DNA from: Opitutaceae bacterium
Lineage (GTDB): Bacteria; Verrucomicrobiota; Verrucomicrobiia; Opitutales; Coraliomargaritaceae
Length of the DNA: 64,000 nucleotides
NCBI GenBank assembly: GCA_051252375.1
Contig: JBPOFY010000001.1
Span: 512,001-576,000, forward strand
Direction of reading: 5' to 3'
Numbering within the stretch: position 1 is the stretch's first letter; each line of letters opens with the position of its first letter. The notes below the pieces were generated by a model that saw nothing but the letters and a program-made list of their open reading frames with translations, made no database searches and was not told the DNA's origin. This document shows positions 11,517 to 19,730 of this stretch, in pieces. The position numbers and the translations under genes are program-made.

Positions 11517-13055
11517 TTACTCGCTCGTTTTGTTGGTCGCTGCGTCGATCTGGAGCAGCGCGTCGGCCTTCGAGCGTAACTCGTGGTAGCGGGCTTGGTC
11601 TTCGGCGAGGTTTTCGCCGTAAGCCGGAGTCATTGCTTTGAGTGTGCTTTGCCAGGCTTCTGTCTTCACTTCATCGGGAAAGCATTTTTCTAGCACTTCG
11701 ATGATAATCGAAACCGCAGTGGATGCGCCGGGTGATGCACCGAGCAGTGCGGCGATGCTACCGTCTTGTGCAGCGACGACTTCTGTGCCGAACTCGAGCT
11801 TACCCGTGCTGTCGGGGCTCTTCTTGATGATCTGCACGCGTTGACCAGCGGTGACTAGTTTCCAATCTTCTTCCTTTGCGTCAGGGAAAAATTCACGGAG
11901 CCCATCGACGCGGTCGCTGTGTGACTTGCGGCACTCGTTGATCAAGTATTGTGTGAGCGACATGTTATCGCGACCGACTGCGAGAAGGGGGAGAATGTTG
12001 TCCAACTTTACTGATTTGATCAGGTCGAGTATGGAGCCTTCCTTTAGGAATTTAGGAGAGAAGCCGGCGTAGGGTCCAAAGAGTAGTGCCTTCTTGCCGT
12101 CGATCACCCGCGTGTCGAGGTGGGGGACGGACATGGGTGGCGCTCCAACGGCTGCTTTGCCGTAAACTTTAGCCGCGTGTCTTTCGATGACGTCGTGGTC
12201 TGTGCATACGAGGAACTGACCGCTGACCGGGAAACCACCAAAGCCGAGACCTTCTGGTATGCCGGATTTTTGTAGTAGGTGAAGTGATCCGCCGCCTGCG
12301 CCGATGAAGGCGAACTTAGCGCGCAGCTTACGTTTGCCTTCGGTCTCGCTGTTGATTTTTACACGCCAGCGGCCATCAGGCTTTTGGTAGATGCCAGTGA
12401 CACGTGCTTGCATGGCGAGTTCGACGCCATCCAATGAGATGAGGTAGTCGACGAGTTGCTGTGTGAGTGCGCCGAAGTTGATATCGGTTCCAGACTCAAC
12501 ACGAGTGGCTGCGATAGGCTCGTCGCTCGGGCGCCCTTCATTCAGTAGGGGTGCCCAGCGCGAAATCATGGCTTTGTCTTCGGTGTAGACCATTTCTCCG
12601 AAGAGGTGCTGTTTGCGCATCGCAGCGAAGCGTTGACGTAAAAACTCTTGATCTTCCTTGCCGCGCACGAAACTCATGTGCGGGACACGTTTGATGAAAA
12701 CCGAGGGATCTTTGATCACGCCTTGCTCGACGAGAAAGGCCCAGAAGTGTTTGGAATTTTCAAACTGCTCGTTGATCTCGACGGCCTTGGAAATTTCGAC
12801 ACTACCGTCGGCCTGCTGAGGCGTGTAGTTCAGCTCGCACAGCGCGGCGTGACCCGTTCCGGCATTGTTCCATGCGTGCGAGCTTTCAAGTGCGACGCGT
12901 GGTAGTGATTCAACGATTTGAATTGTGAAATCAGGGTTCAGCTTCTTGAGCATGATGCCCAGTGTGGCACTCATGATTCCCCCGCCGATTAGGACGATGT
13001 CAGGATTGTCAAGAATGGGACCCGTGGACGGGCGGACGGTGCGAGTGGTCGTCAT
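11517..13055 (-). CDS. mqo: malate:quinone oxidoreductase
   Basis: IGGGIMSATL, WNNAGTGHAALCELNY, PPMSVPHLDTR, AGQRVQIIK, LLGASPGAS. Confidence 0.96.
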   Translation of the reverse strand: MTTTRTVRPSTGPILDNPDIVLIGGGIMSATLGIMLKKLNPDFTIQIVESLPRVALESSHAWNNAGTGHAALCELNYTPQQADGSVEISKAVEINEQFENSKHFWAFLVEQGVIKDPSVFIKRVPHMSFVRGKEDQEFLRQRFAAMRKQHLFGEMVYTEDKAMISRWAPLLNEGRPSDEPIAATRVESGTDINFGALTQQLVDYLISLDGVELAMQARVTGIYQKPDGRWRVKINSETEGKRKLRAKFAFIGAGGGSLHLLQKSGIPEGLGFGGFPVSGQFLVCTDHDVIERHAAKVYGKAAVGAPPMSVPHLDTRVIDGKKALLFGPYAGFSPKFLKEGSILDLIKSVKLDNILPLLAVGRDNMSLTQYLINECRKSHSDRVDGLREFFPDAKEEDWKLVTAGQRVQIIKKSPDSTGKLEFGTEVVAAQDGSIAALLGASPGASTAVSIIIEVLEKCFPDEVKTEAWQSTLKAMTPAYGENLAEDQARYHELRSKADALLQIDAATNKTSE

Positions 13056-13198
13056 TGGTTGTATGGTAGCGAGCTATAATAAGTCCGTGCTAGTTGGTAG
13101 GTGCAGGAACTCTCGTGAGTTCGAGTCGATGTAACGTTGGACAGGGTGTCAGTCAAACTAATAGCCGAAATCTCGCCTAGCACTTTTACTAATGGGCA

Positions 13199-14035
13199 CT
13201 ATAAGCCCTGAATGACCGCATCTTGGAAGCGCTTTAGTTTAGCTTTCACAAATTCCTGCACGTTCAGGGTATCGTCTTCGGCGAGATCTGTCAGGTCCAT
13301 CGCAAACCAAAGTTGGTCGACTGTGTCGATACTGTGTGAGTCGTAAAAAGTGGCGTTGGCTTTGCGGCGTCCGATGACGGCATCACCATAGTTCTTGCCG
13401 CCGGCGATTTGTGATTCGAAGCAGTCGTTGAGTTGCTTGGCAAGTTCCGGATGACCGCTGACGTCGAGGGCGATCTTATCCTCATCGCAGAGCCAGTCGA
13501 GATCGCGCCAGACCTCGCAGCCATATACTACTTTTGGGCGAGAGAAGGGTGGCACTCGGCGGATCGCTTCGATCGCAGCGTGGAAAACGGCAACATGCGA
13601 GGCATGCTTGTCGGCCGGGTTATGTGTGTAAACGATTTCTGGCTGGGTGGTGAGTAGTAGCACTTCCAGTTCGTCGACCAGTGCGCTGCGCTGTGCGGGG
13701 TCTTTGATCGTGGCGCTGGAGTAGCCGAGCTGCGCGATGAAACTATATTTCCCAATCTCAGCGGCCTTGCGCTGCTCGGCTAGTCGGATGGCTTTCATCG
13801 CTTCATCCGTTGTGTCGGCAAATTTCCCTGCGCGTGAACTCCCGCCGCCGTCTGTGCAGGTGATGCCACTAAACCAATGCGATGGTTGCTCATAACATGA
13901 ACTGATCCCATGAAAGGCCATGAACTCTAAGTCGTCCTGATGCGCGCCAATGCCTAGGTGCGAGGTGCGTGCTTGCGCCTCAGGCGCGATGACTCCGTCG
14001 GGGATGTAAAGGTTGGCGTTTGGATTGGTGGGCAT
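13199..14035 (-). CDS. PIG-L/LmbE family deacetylase
   Basis: GAHQDDLE and HNPADKHASH metal-binding motifs. Confidence 0.85.
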   Translation of the reverse strand: MPTNPNANLYIPDGVIAPEAQARTSHLGIGAHQDDLEFMAFHGISSCYEQPSHWFSGITCTDGGGSSRAGKFADTTDEAMKAIRLAEQRKAAEIGKYSFIAQLGYSSATIKDPAQRSALVDELEVLLLTTQPEIVYTHNPADKHASHVAVFHAAIEAIRRVPPFSRPKVVYGCEVWRDLDWLCDEDKIALDVSGHPELAKQLNDCFESQIAGGKNYGDAVIGRRKANATFYDSHSIDTVDQLWFAMDLTDLAEDDTLNVQEFVKAKLKRFQDAVIQGL

Positions 14036-14136
14036 CTATCTATTAGGAACGATTTTCGGATCGCTTCGCAAGCTCAACGAATTTCAAACAATATATTACT
14101 TGTCTTTCAACCGATAGTTATTTATCTCTTTTTACC

Positions 14137-14811
14137 GTGGAACCACAAATTATGTTAATTATTGGCTTTATTATCCTCGTCGGAGTGGTGGTCTATTTCA
14201 GCCATCTTCAAGCAAAGAAGCGTCGCGAGGCCTTCGAGCGCCTAGCGATGGAGTTAGGCTTTCGTTTTTATCCCGACAAAGATTACAGCTTTGCTTCGCG
14301 TTACGGCTTCTTGGAGCACATGGACGACGGGTCTAAGCGCTATGCGTTCAATCGTCTTTCCGGTGAATTTGAGGGGCAGAGCGCCAACATTTTCGATTAT
14401 CACTACGAGACTTACTCAAGGGATAGTAAAGGGAACCGTCGCACAAGTCATCACTACTTCTCGATTTTTACCTTAGGGCTGCCAGCGAGTTTTCCTGAGC
14501 TCAATATCGAGCGCGAGGGCTTCTTTTCCAAAATCGGCCAGGCGCTTGGATTTGACGATATCGACTTTGAGTCGCTGGAGTTTTCCAAGCGCTATAAAGT
14601 GAAATCTCGCGATAAGAAATTTGCCTACGACTTTTGTAATGCGCAGATGATCGACTATCTGCTTCGCCAACAAGACTTGATCATCGAAGTGGATGGCAAT
14701 ACCTTGGCGCTCACTTTTAAGGGAAAGCTTTCGATTGAAGCGATTCGCCCGAACTTTGAGCGCATAAAGCAGATCCGATCACTCATACCGAATTATCTGT
14801 TTACTAACTAA
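14137..14811 (+). CDS. membrane-anchored hypothetical protein (DUF3137-like), upstream of lemA
   Basis: N-terminal TM helix; DIDFESLEFSKRYKV motif. Confidence 0.6.
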   Translation: MEPQIMLIIGFIILVGVVVYFSHLQAKKRREAFERLAMELGFRFYPDKDYSFASRYGFLEHMDDGSKRYAFNRLSGEFEGQSANIFDYHYETYSRDSKGNRRTSHHYFSIFTLGLPASFPELNIEREGFFSKIGQALGFDDIDFESLEFSKRYKVKSRDKKFAYDFCNAQMIDYLLRQQDLIIEVDGNTLALTFKGKLSIEAIRPNFERIKQIRSLIPNYLFTN

Positions 14812-14820
14812 TGATTGTGA

Positions 14821-15015
14821 GAACCGTTAATGAACGTGAATGGACGTTAATTTTTAGATAATGACAGATTTGCTGACAGAAGGTTACCAGATCATTCGTG
14901 ATGTCTTCACGCCAGATGAAGTCGCGCTTCTGTGCGATGAGCTCTCTTGGCACGAGTCAGAAGTTGCTTTCGAAATGTCTCCTCATTAACGTATATTCAC
15001 GTTCATTAACGGTTC
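14821..15015. repeat. 31-bp inverted repeats built from 10-bp units, enclosing a 42-codon ORF
   Basis: gaaccgttaatgaacgtgaatggacgttaat (14821-14851) matches the reverse complement of 14985-15015 at 29/31. Confidence 0.9.
14861..14989 (+). pseudogene. short ORF or gene fragment resembling the N-terminus of phytanoyl-CoA dioxygenase-family proteins
   Basis: MTDLLTEGYQIIRDVFTPDEVALLCDELSWHESEVAFEMSPH*; the stop codon lies in the right inverted-repeat arm. Confidence 0.4.
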
Positions 15016-15043
15016 AATCAATCTACTGTAACCCTCAAATATT

Positions 15044-15607
15044 ATGATACCTACCATTATCGTCCTCGCTGTTGTTCTAGGTCTGCCCGTGCTATATCTG
15101 ATCGTGACTTATAATGGTCTGGTCGCTATCCGGAATCATATCCGTGATGCTTGGGCCAATATCGATACGGAATTGAAGCGTCGCTATGACTTGATCCCCA
15201 ATCTCGTCGAGACGGCTAAGGGCTACGCGAAGCACGAGAGCGAGACCTTGGAAAATGTCATCGCCTTGCGCAACCAATGTCGCGCCAATACGGGTTCGCC
15301 AGCCGAGCAAGCGACGACTGAGAAGCTGCTCGTTTCCAGTTTGAACGGACTCTTTGCGCTGGCCGAAAACTATCCGGACCTTAAAGCCAATGCGAACTTC
15401 CAGCAGTTGCAGGAGGAGTTGGTCAACACGGAGGACCGCATTCAGTCGGCCCGTCGCTTTTACAATGGCAATGTCCGCGACTACCGCAATAAGACCCAGA
15501 CTTTCCCCAGTAATATCGTAGCAGGCATGTTCGGCTTTCCGCCGATGGCAGAGGAATTCTTCGAGGTGGACCCGGTTGAGCGCGAGCCAGTGAAGGTGAA
15601 GTTTTAG
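15044..15607 (+). CDS. lemA: LemA family protein
   Basis: YNGLV...IDTELKRRYDLIPNLV, AENYPDLKAN, ARRFYN. Confidence 0.95.
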   Translation: MIPTIIVLAVVLGLPVLYLIVTYNGLVAIRNHIRDAWANIDTELKRRYDLIPNLVETAKGYAKHESETLENVIALRNQCRANTGSPAEQATTEKLLVSSLNGLFALAENYPDLKANANFQQLQEELVNTEDRIQSARRFYNGNVRDYRNKTQTFPSNIVAGMFGFPPMAEEFFEVDPVEREPVKVKF

Positions 15608-15608
15608 G

Positions 15609-15692
15609 AAAAGCTGAAATCTGAAATCTGAGATTTTGAAACGTTTTTAGCGATTATTTCAGTTTTCAGTATTTTAGCGTTTCAGCGTTTTA
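15609..15692. repeat. inverted pair of 7-8 bp tandem arrays
   Basis: aagctga aatctga aatctga gattttga ... tttcagt tttcagta ttttagcg tttcagcg. Confidence 0.75.
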
Positions 15693-15739
15693 TAAACTTC
15701 GCTTTGACAAGGGGGTGTGTTCTGCCAGACGCTTAGGCG

Positions 15740-18586
15740 ATGGCAAATTTTACCGTAGGACAACGTTGGATCAGTGAAACCGAACCGGAGCTTGGGCTCG
15801 GTATTTTGGAGGAGGTTTCGCGCCACCAAATGCGCTTGGTTTTTCCGGCTTCGAGCGAGGCGCGTTTGTATGCGCCGGCAAATGCTCCGGTGAAGCGTGT
15901 GGAGTTTCATGTTGGCGATACGATTCACTCGCAGCGCGGTGAAATGGTGACGATCGAGGAAGTGCGTGAGGTCGACGGCATCATCACTTACGTCGGCGGC
16001 GGCGTGGAAGTCGTCGAAATGGATTTAGCGGATACGATCAGCTTCAGTAAGCCGGAAGACCGTCTGATTGGTGGGCAGATCGATCAATCCAATGCCTTTT
16101 CTTTGCGCTACGAGGCGATCGAACGCCAGAGCCGGGCGCGTAAATCGCCGGTTGCTGGCTTTGCGGGTGGGCGGATCGACTTGATCCCGCATCAGCTTTA
16201 CATCGCCGCCGAAGTGGCAAACCGCTATATGCCGCGCGTGTTGTTGGCGGATGAAGTGGGCCTTGGTAAAACCATTGAGGCGTGTTTGATTTTGCATCGA
16301 CTACACCTGACCGGACGTGCCGAGCGCATCTTGATCGTGCTGCCGGAGTCGCTGGTGCACCAGTGGTTCATTGAGCTACTTCGTCGATTTAATCTTTGGT
16401 TCACCTTGTTGGATCACGAGCGTTGTGAGGCGCATACTGAAGTCGAGGCAGATACCAATCCGTTCATGGAAGAGCAGTTGGTGATTTGCAGTATTAAGAC
16501 CTTGCTGGAAAGTGAGCGTTGGGCGCAGTCCGCAATCGATGCGAAGTGGGACATGCTGGTGGTTGATGAAGCGCACCACTTGGAATGGACGCCGGAAGCG
16601 GTGAGCCCAGAGTATGCTTTGGTGGAGGCATTGACTAAGAAAAGCCATGGTTTGTTGCTGTTGACTGCTACACCCGAGCAGTTGGGCGCGGAAGGGCACT
16701 TTGCACGCTTGCGACTGTTGGACCCAGAGCGCTATCCGGACTTGGAGAAATTTAAAGAGGAGCAGGCGGACTATTCACAAGTGGCTGCGGTGGCGGATAA
16801 ATTAGTCGGTGGCAAGAAGCTGACCAAGGCGGACACGGGTTACTTACGTGAAGTCTTTGAGGAGTTCACCGACAAGGAATTTGCCGAGCATTTGAAGGAT
16901 CAAAAGTCGCTGTTGAATGATCTGGTGGATCGTCATGGCACGGGGCGGGTGATCTTTCGGAACACGCGTGATGCGCTGAAGGGCTTTCCTGAGCGGAAAG
17001 GCTTGCCGACAAAATTGGGCGCTCGGGCGAAACTCTCGAAGGCGGATCTGCAAGCGCGTTTGTTGCGCGAGTTCGACCTTGAAACCGATACGGCCGAAGA
17101 AGGCGAAGGTTATGATTTTCGCCACGGCCCACGTATCAAGTGGTTGGCGGAGCTTTTACAAGAGCTGGGCGAATCCGAGAAGGTGCTGCTGATCTGCCGC
17201 ACCCGAGATAAGGTGCAGGCGATTCATGATGCGCTACAAGATGAGTTGAATGTGAAGGCTGCGTTGTTCCACGAAGACTTGACCTTACTACAGCGCGACC
17301 GCAATGCGGCTTGGTTTGCGGAGGCTGATGGCGCCCGCATTTTACTTTGCTCGGAGATCGGCAGTGAGGGGCGCAACTTCCAGTTCGCGCACCATTTGGT
17401 GCTGTTTGATTTGCCGCTTAATCCGGAGTTGTTGGAGCAACGTATTGGACGTCTCGACCGTATTGGTCAGACGGAAACGATTAAGATCCATTTGCCATAC
17501 TTGGAGCATAGCTGGACAGAGTTGTTGATGCGCTGGCACCATGAAGGTCTGGATGGGGTCGAGCATTCGCTGAAGGGCGGCTATGCTTATCTGGCGAAAT
17601 TTGGCGAGGCGGTGCGCAAGCTCGGGCCCGTTTACCACTCGGGCGCTGCGAAAGTGTTGAAGCAAGCAGATGCCTTGATCGAAGAGAGTCGTGCGTTTCG
17701 CGACGACCTCGAAGCGCGATTGGGCAAAGGGCAGGACCGCTTGATCGCCTTGAACTCGTTTCGAGAGGAAGACTCTCGCGAGCTGGTTGAGCAAATCGCT
17801 CGGATGGATGCTGACCTCACTTTGGATCGCTTTATGAACCGCATCTTCGACCACTTTGGCGTGACGGTGGAGGACATTGATAAGCGCACTTTTCATTTAT
17901 CGCCTGGGCAGTTGTTTACGGATTCGTTTCCAGGCTTGCCGGACGAGGGGACTGTGGTGACTTGTGATCGCGCGCGGGCGCTGGGGCGTGAAGATGTGGG
18001 CTTTTTGACTTGGGATCACCCGATGGTGCGTGGTTCGATCGACCTGATGCTGAGCTCGGAGAAGGGGAATAGCTCAATTGTTGTTTGGAAGGATACGTCG
18101 ATCGACTCGCCGCCGATTTTGATCGAGGCGATTTATGTGTTGGAGAGCGTGGCGCCGTCACGTCTGCACGTGGATCGTTTTTTGCCGCCGACACCGGTGC
18201 GTATCGTGGTTGATATGCAGGGCGAAGATGCCACTGATGATTTTTCACATCCGTTGATTAACAAGCATTGCGGCGACGAGGAGACCTTCCGGTTGAAGCA
18301 AAATCCGGAGCTTTTGAAGGCGCTTGTGCCAGAGATGTTGAAGTCTGCGCGTGCCCTGGCTCGTGAGCAGAAGTCGGTGCTCTTGCAGTCGGCTATGCAG
18401 GAAGCTCATGCGAGTCTGGATGGCGAAGCGGAACGCTTAAAAGAGTTACGTAAAGTGAACCCGAGCGTGCGCGAGGAGGAGATCAAGATCGCGGAAAACG
18501 TGATCGCAGATGTCACGCGACACATTGCGAAAGCACACCTGCGTCTAGATGCGGTTCGTTTGATTCTTCGTGGTCCGGGCGCTTAG
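15740..18586 (+). CDS. rapA: RNA polymerase-associated SNF2 ATPase RapA
   Basis: GQRWISETEPELGLG, LLADEVGLGKT, VDEAHHL, SEIGSEGRNFQ, EQRIGRLDRIGQ. Confidence 0.95.
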   Translation: MANFTVGQRWISETEPELGLGILEEVSRHQMRLVFPASSEARLYAPANAPVKRVEFHVGDTIHSQRGEMVTIEEVREVDGIITYVGGGVEVVEMDLADTISFSKPEDRLIGGQIDQSNAFSLRYEAIERQSRARKSPVAGFAGGRIDLIPHQLYIAAEVANRYMPRVLLADEVGLGKTIEACLILHRLHLTGRAERILIVLPESLVHQWFIELLRRFNLWFTLLDHERCEAHTEVEADTNPFMEEQLVICSIKTLLESERWAQSAIDAKWDMLVVDEAHHLEWTPEAVSPEYALVEALTKKSHGLLLLTATPEQLGAEGHFARLRLLDPERYPDLEKFKEEQADYSQVAAVADKLVGGKKLTKADTGYLREVFEEFTDKEFAEHLKDQKSLLNDLVDRHGTGRVIFRNTRDALKGFPERKGLPTKLGARAKLSKADLQARLLREFDLETDTAEEGEGYDFRHGPRIKWLAELLQELGESEKVLLICRTRDKVQAIHDALQDELNVKAALFHEDLTLLQRDRNAAWFAEADGARILLCSEIGSEGRNFQFAHHLVLFDLPLNPELLEQRIGRLDRIGQTETIKIHLPYLEHSWTELLMRWHHEGLDGVEHSLKGGYAYLAKFGEAVRKLGPVYHSGAAKVLKQADALIEESRAFRDDLEARLGKGQDRLIALNSFREEDSRELVEQIARMDADLTLDRFMNRIFDHFGVTVEDIDKRTFHLSPGQLFTDSFPGLPDEGTVVTCDRARALGREDVGFLTWDHPMVRGSIDLMLSSEKGNSSIVVWKDTSIDSPPILIEAIYVLESVAPSRLHVDRFLPPTPVRIVVDMQGEDATDDFSHPLINKHCGDEETFRLKQNPELLKALVPEMLKSARALAREQKSVLLQSAMQEAHASLDGEAERLKELRKVNPSVREEEIKIAENVIADVTRHIAKAHLRLDAVRLILRGPGA

Positions 18587-18662
18587 GTGCGGCTTGAGCT
18601 GGTAGGGTGCGCTCGTGGTTCGACCTTACCTCTAAACATACAGAGACGTGGACTACCCTTCC

Positions 18663-18702
18663 GTCTGCGGCGAGCGCAGACACCTTCCCTTGGCAGGGAA
18701 GG
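18663..18702. repeat. double-hairpin palindromic element
   Basis: gtctgcg-gcgag-cgcagac followed by ccttccct-tggc-agggaagg. Confidence 0.65.
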
Positions 18703-18734
18703 AGCTTAATTCCGAATCATGCACACGATTTTCA

Positions 18735-19001
18735 GGTAGCGCGGCCGCGTCTCGCGGCGCATCCGTCGTGCTGGCTGCGGCTTTTGAACGCTCTTGCGGA
18801 GCGGGGACGCTCCGAATGGCACTACCTTAAGCGTAATACCAGCATGACATGTGTAATTTCATTTGGAGGGCAATGCTCCGTCATTGCCGCGGAAACGCCA
18901 CAATGTATCGAACAATCGGCGGTTGCGACGGAGCGCAACCCTCCAGATTTTTACCGAATTTCTTCTTAAGGTAGTGCCATTCGGGACGCTCCTGCGCTAC
19001 C
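18735..19001. repeat. host REP doublet (GGTAGCGC-type), right arm interrupted by a MITE
   Basis: left arm ggtagcgcggccgcgtctcgcggcgc; removing 18814-18992 restores gcggagcggggacgctcctgcgctacc. Confidence 0.75.
18814..18982. mobile_element. MITE-like element with 18-bp perfect TIRs and 10-bp target duplication, carrying a REP doublet
   Basis: gaatggcactaccttaag (18814-18831) and cttaaggtagtgccattc (18965-18982); direct repeat gggacgctcc at 18804-18813 and 18983-18992; internal GGAG-type REP pair at 18864-18945. Confidence 0.9.
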
Positions 19002-19026
19002 GTTGTTGTCTCTGAATTCGAAAGTA

Positions 19027-19515
19027 TTAGATCTTAGCTGCTTCTGCTGCGGCGACTGTGTAACTTGATTTGAATTCAAGCGTGCGGTCGTCGGTGGTGA
19101 TCTCTAGCAGGATGGTCTTGTTTTTCAGTGGCAGCACTTCGCAAATGATATTGTTCGGTGTTTTGCCGTCCTTGTAGCTGATGGCTTTCCCGCGTAGGAC
19201 GCCACCGTTGTTACCGAGGTCGTTGACGTTGCTGTCGAGTGGCAAAACGATGCGACCTTTGTCGTTTTTCGACTTCATGAGTGGCACTACGATGGAGTAT
19301 TCGCCGACAAGGTTGCCATTCTCCGGAACGAGTGCACTCACTGAAAGTTTTACCGATGCGATACCCACGCGGCACTTCGAATCTTCGATTTCGAAGACCA
19401 AATTATCCCATTCGACGAGGTCTTGCGTCTGGTTGATCTCGGTCGCGTTGAGCGAGAGAGGAAGCCATACAAGAGTGATCGCCATGAAGGCGCCGAGAAG
19501 AGATAAGGTGCGCAT
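19027..19515 (-). CDS. secreted hypothetical protein
   Basis: signal-peptide-like MRTLSLLGAFMAITLVWLPLSLNA; the longer ORF N-terminus is read through a REP. Confidence 0.65.
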   Translation of the reverse strand: MRTLSLLGAFMAITLVWLPLSLNATEINQTQDLVEWDNLVFEIEDSKCRVGIASVKLSVSALVPENGNLVGEYSIVVPLMKSKNDKGRIVLPLDSNVNDLGNNGGVLRGKAISYKDGKTPNNIICEVLPLKNKTILLEITTDDRTLEFKSSYTVAAAEAAKI

Positions 19516-19595
19516 GTCTGCTGAGTAGTCGCTTGAAATGGGCGAATTGTCAAATCTTTGAGGTTGGTGATGATACCTGAGGGTGCCGACAAAAG

Positions 19596-19671
19596 GGTAG
19601 GGACGCTTGCCCTCAAGCGTCTGTTTGTTGGGGCTATGCACGGCGGACGGCTGAGGGCAGCCGTCCCTACC
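19596..19671. repeat. REP doublet (family A)
   Basis: ggtagggacgcttgccctcaagcgtc...ggacggctgagggcagccgtccctacc. Confidence 0.9.
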
Positions 19672-19681
19672 TTCTGAGCAC

Positions 19682-19713
19682 AAAAAAGACCGTCTCGAAA
19701 GAGACGGTCTTTT
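19682..19713. terminator. intrinsic terminator after the Na/Pi transporter gene
   Basis: aaaaaagaccgtctc-gaaa-gagacggtctttt. Confidence 0.85.
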
Positions 19714-19730
19714 GGGAAATGGATCGAAGC

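Noticed and set aside
18607..18969. 120-aa plus-strand ORF after rapA
   Set aside because: It runs across stacked palindromes and the MITE and has no transposase motifs.
19516..19683. N-terminal extension of the 19027 ORF as a second coding REP insertion
   Set aside because: It precedes a clear signal-peptide start at 19515 and begins inside a terminator, so it is probably not translated.
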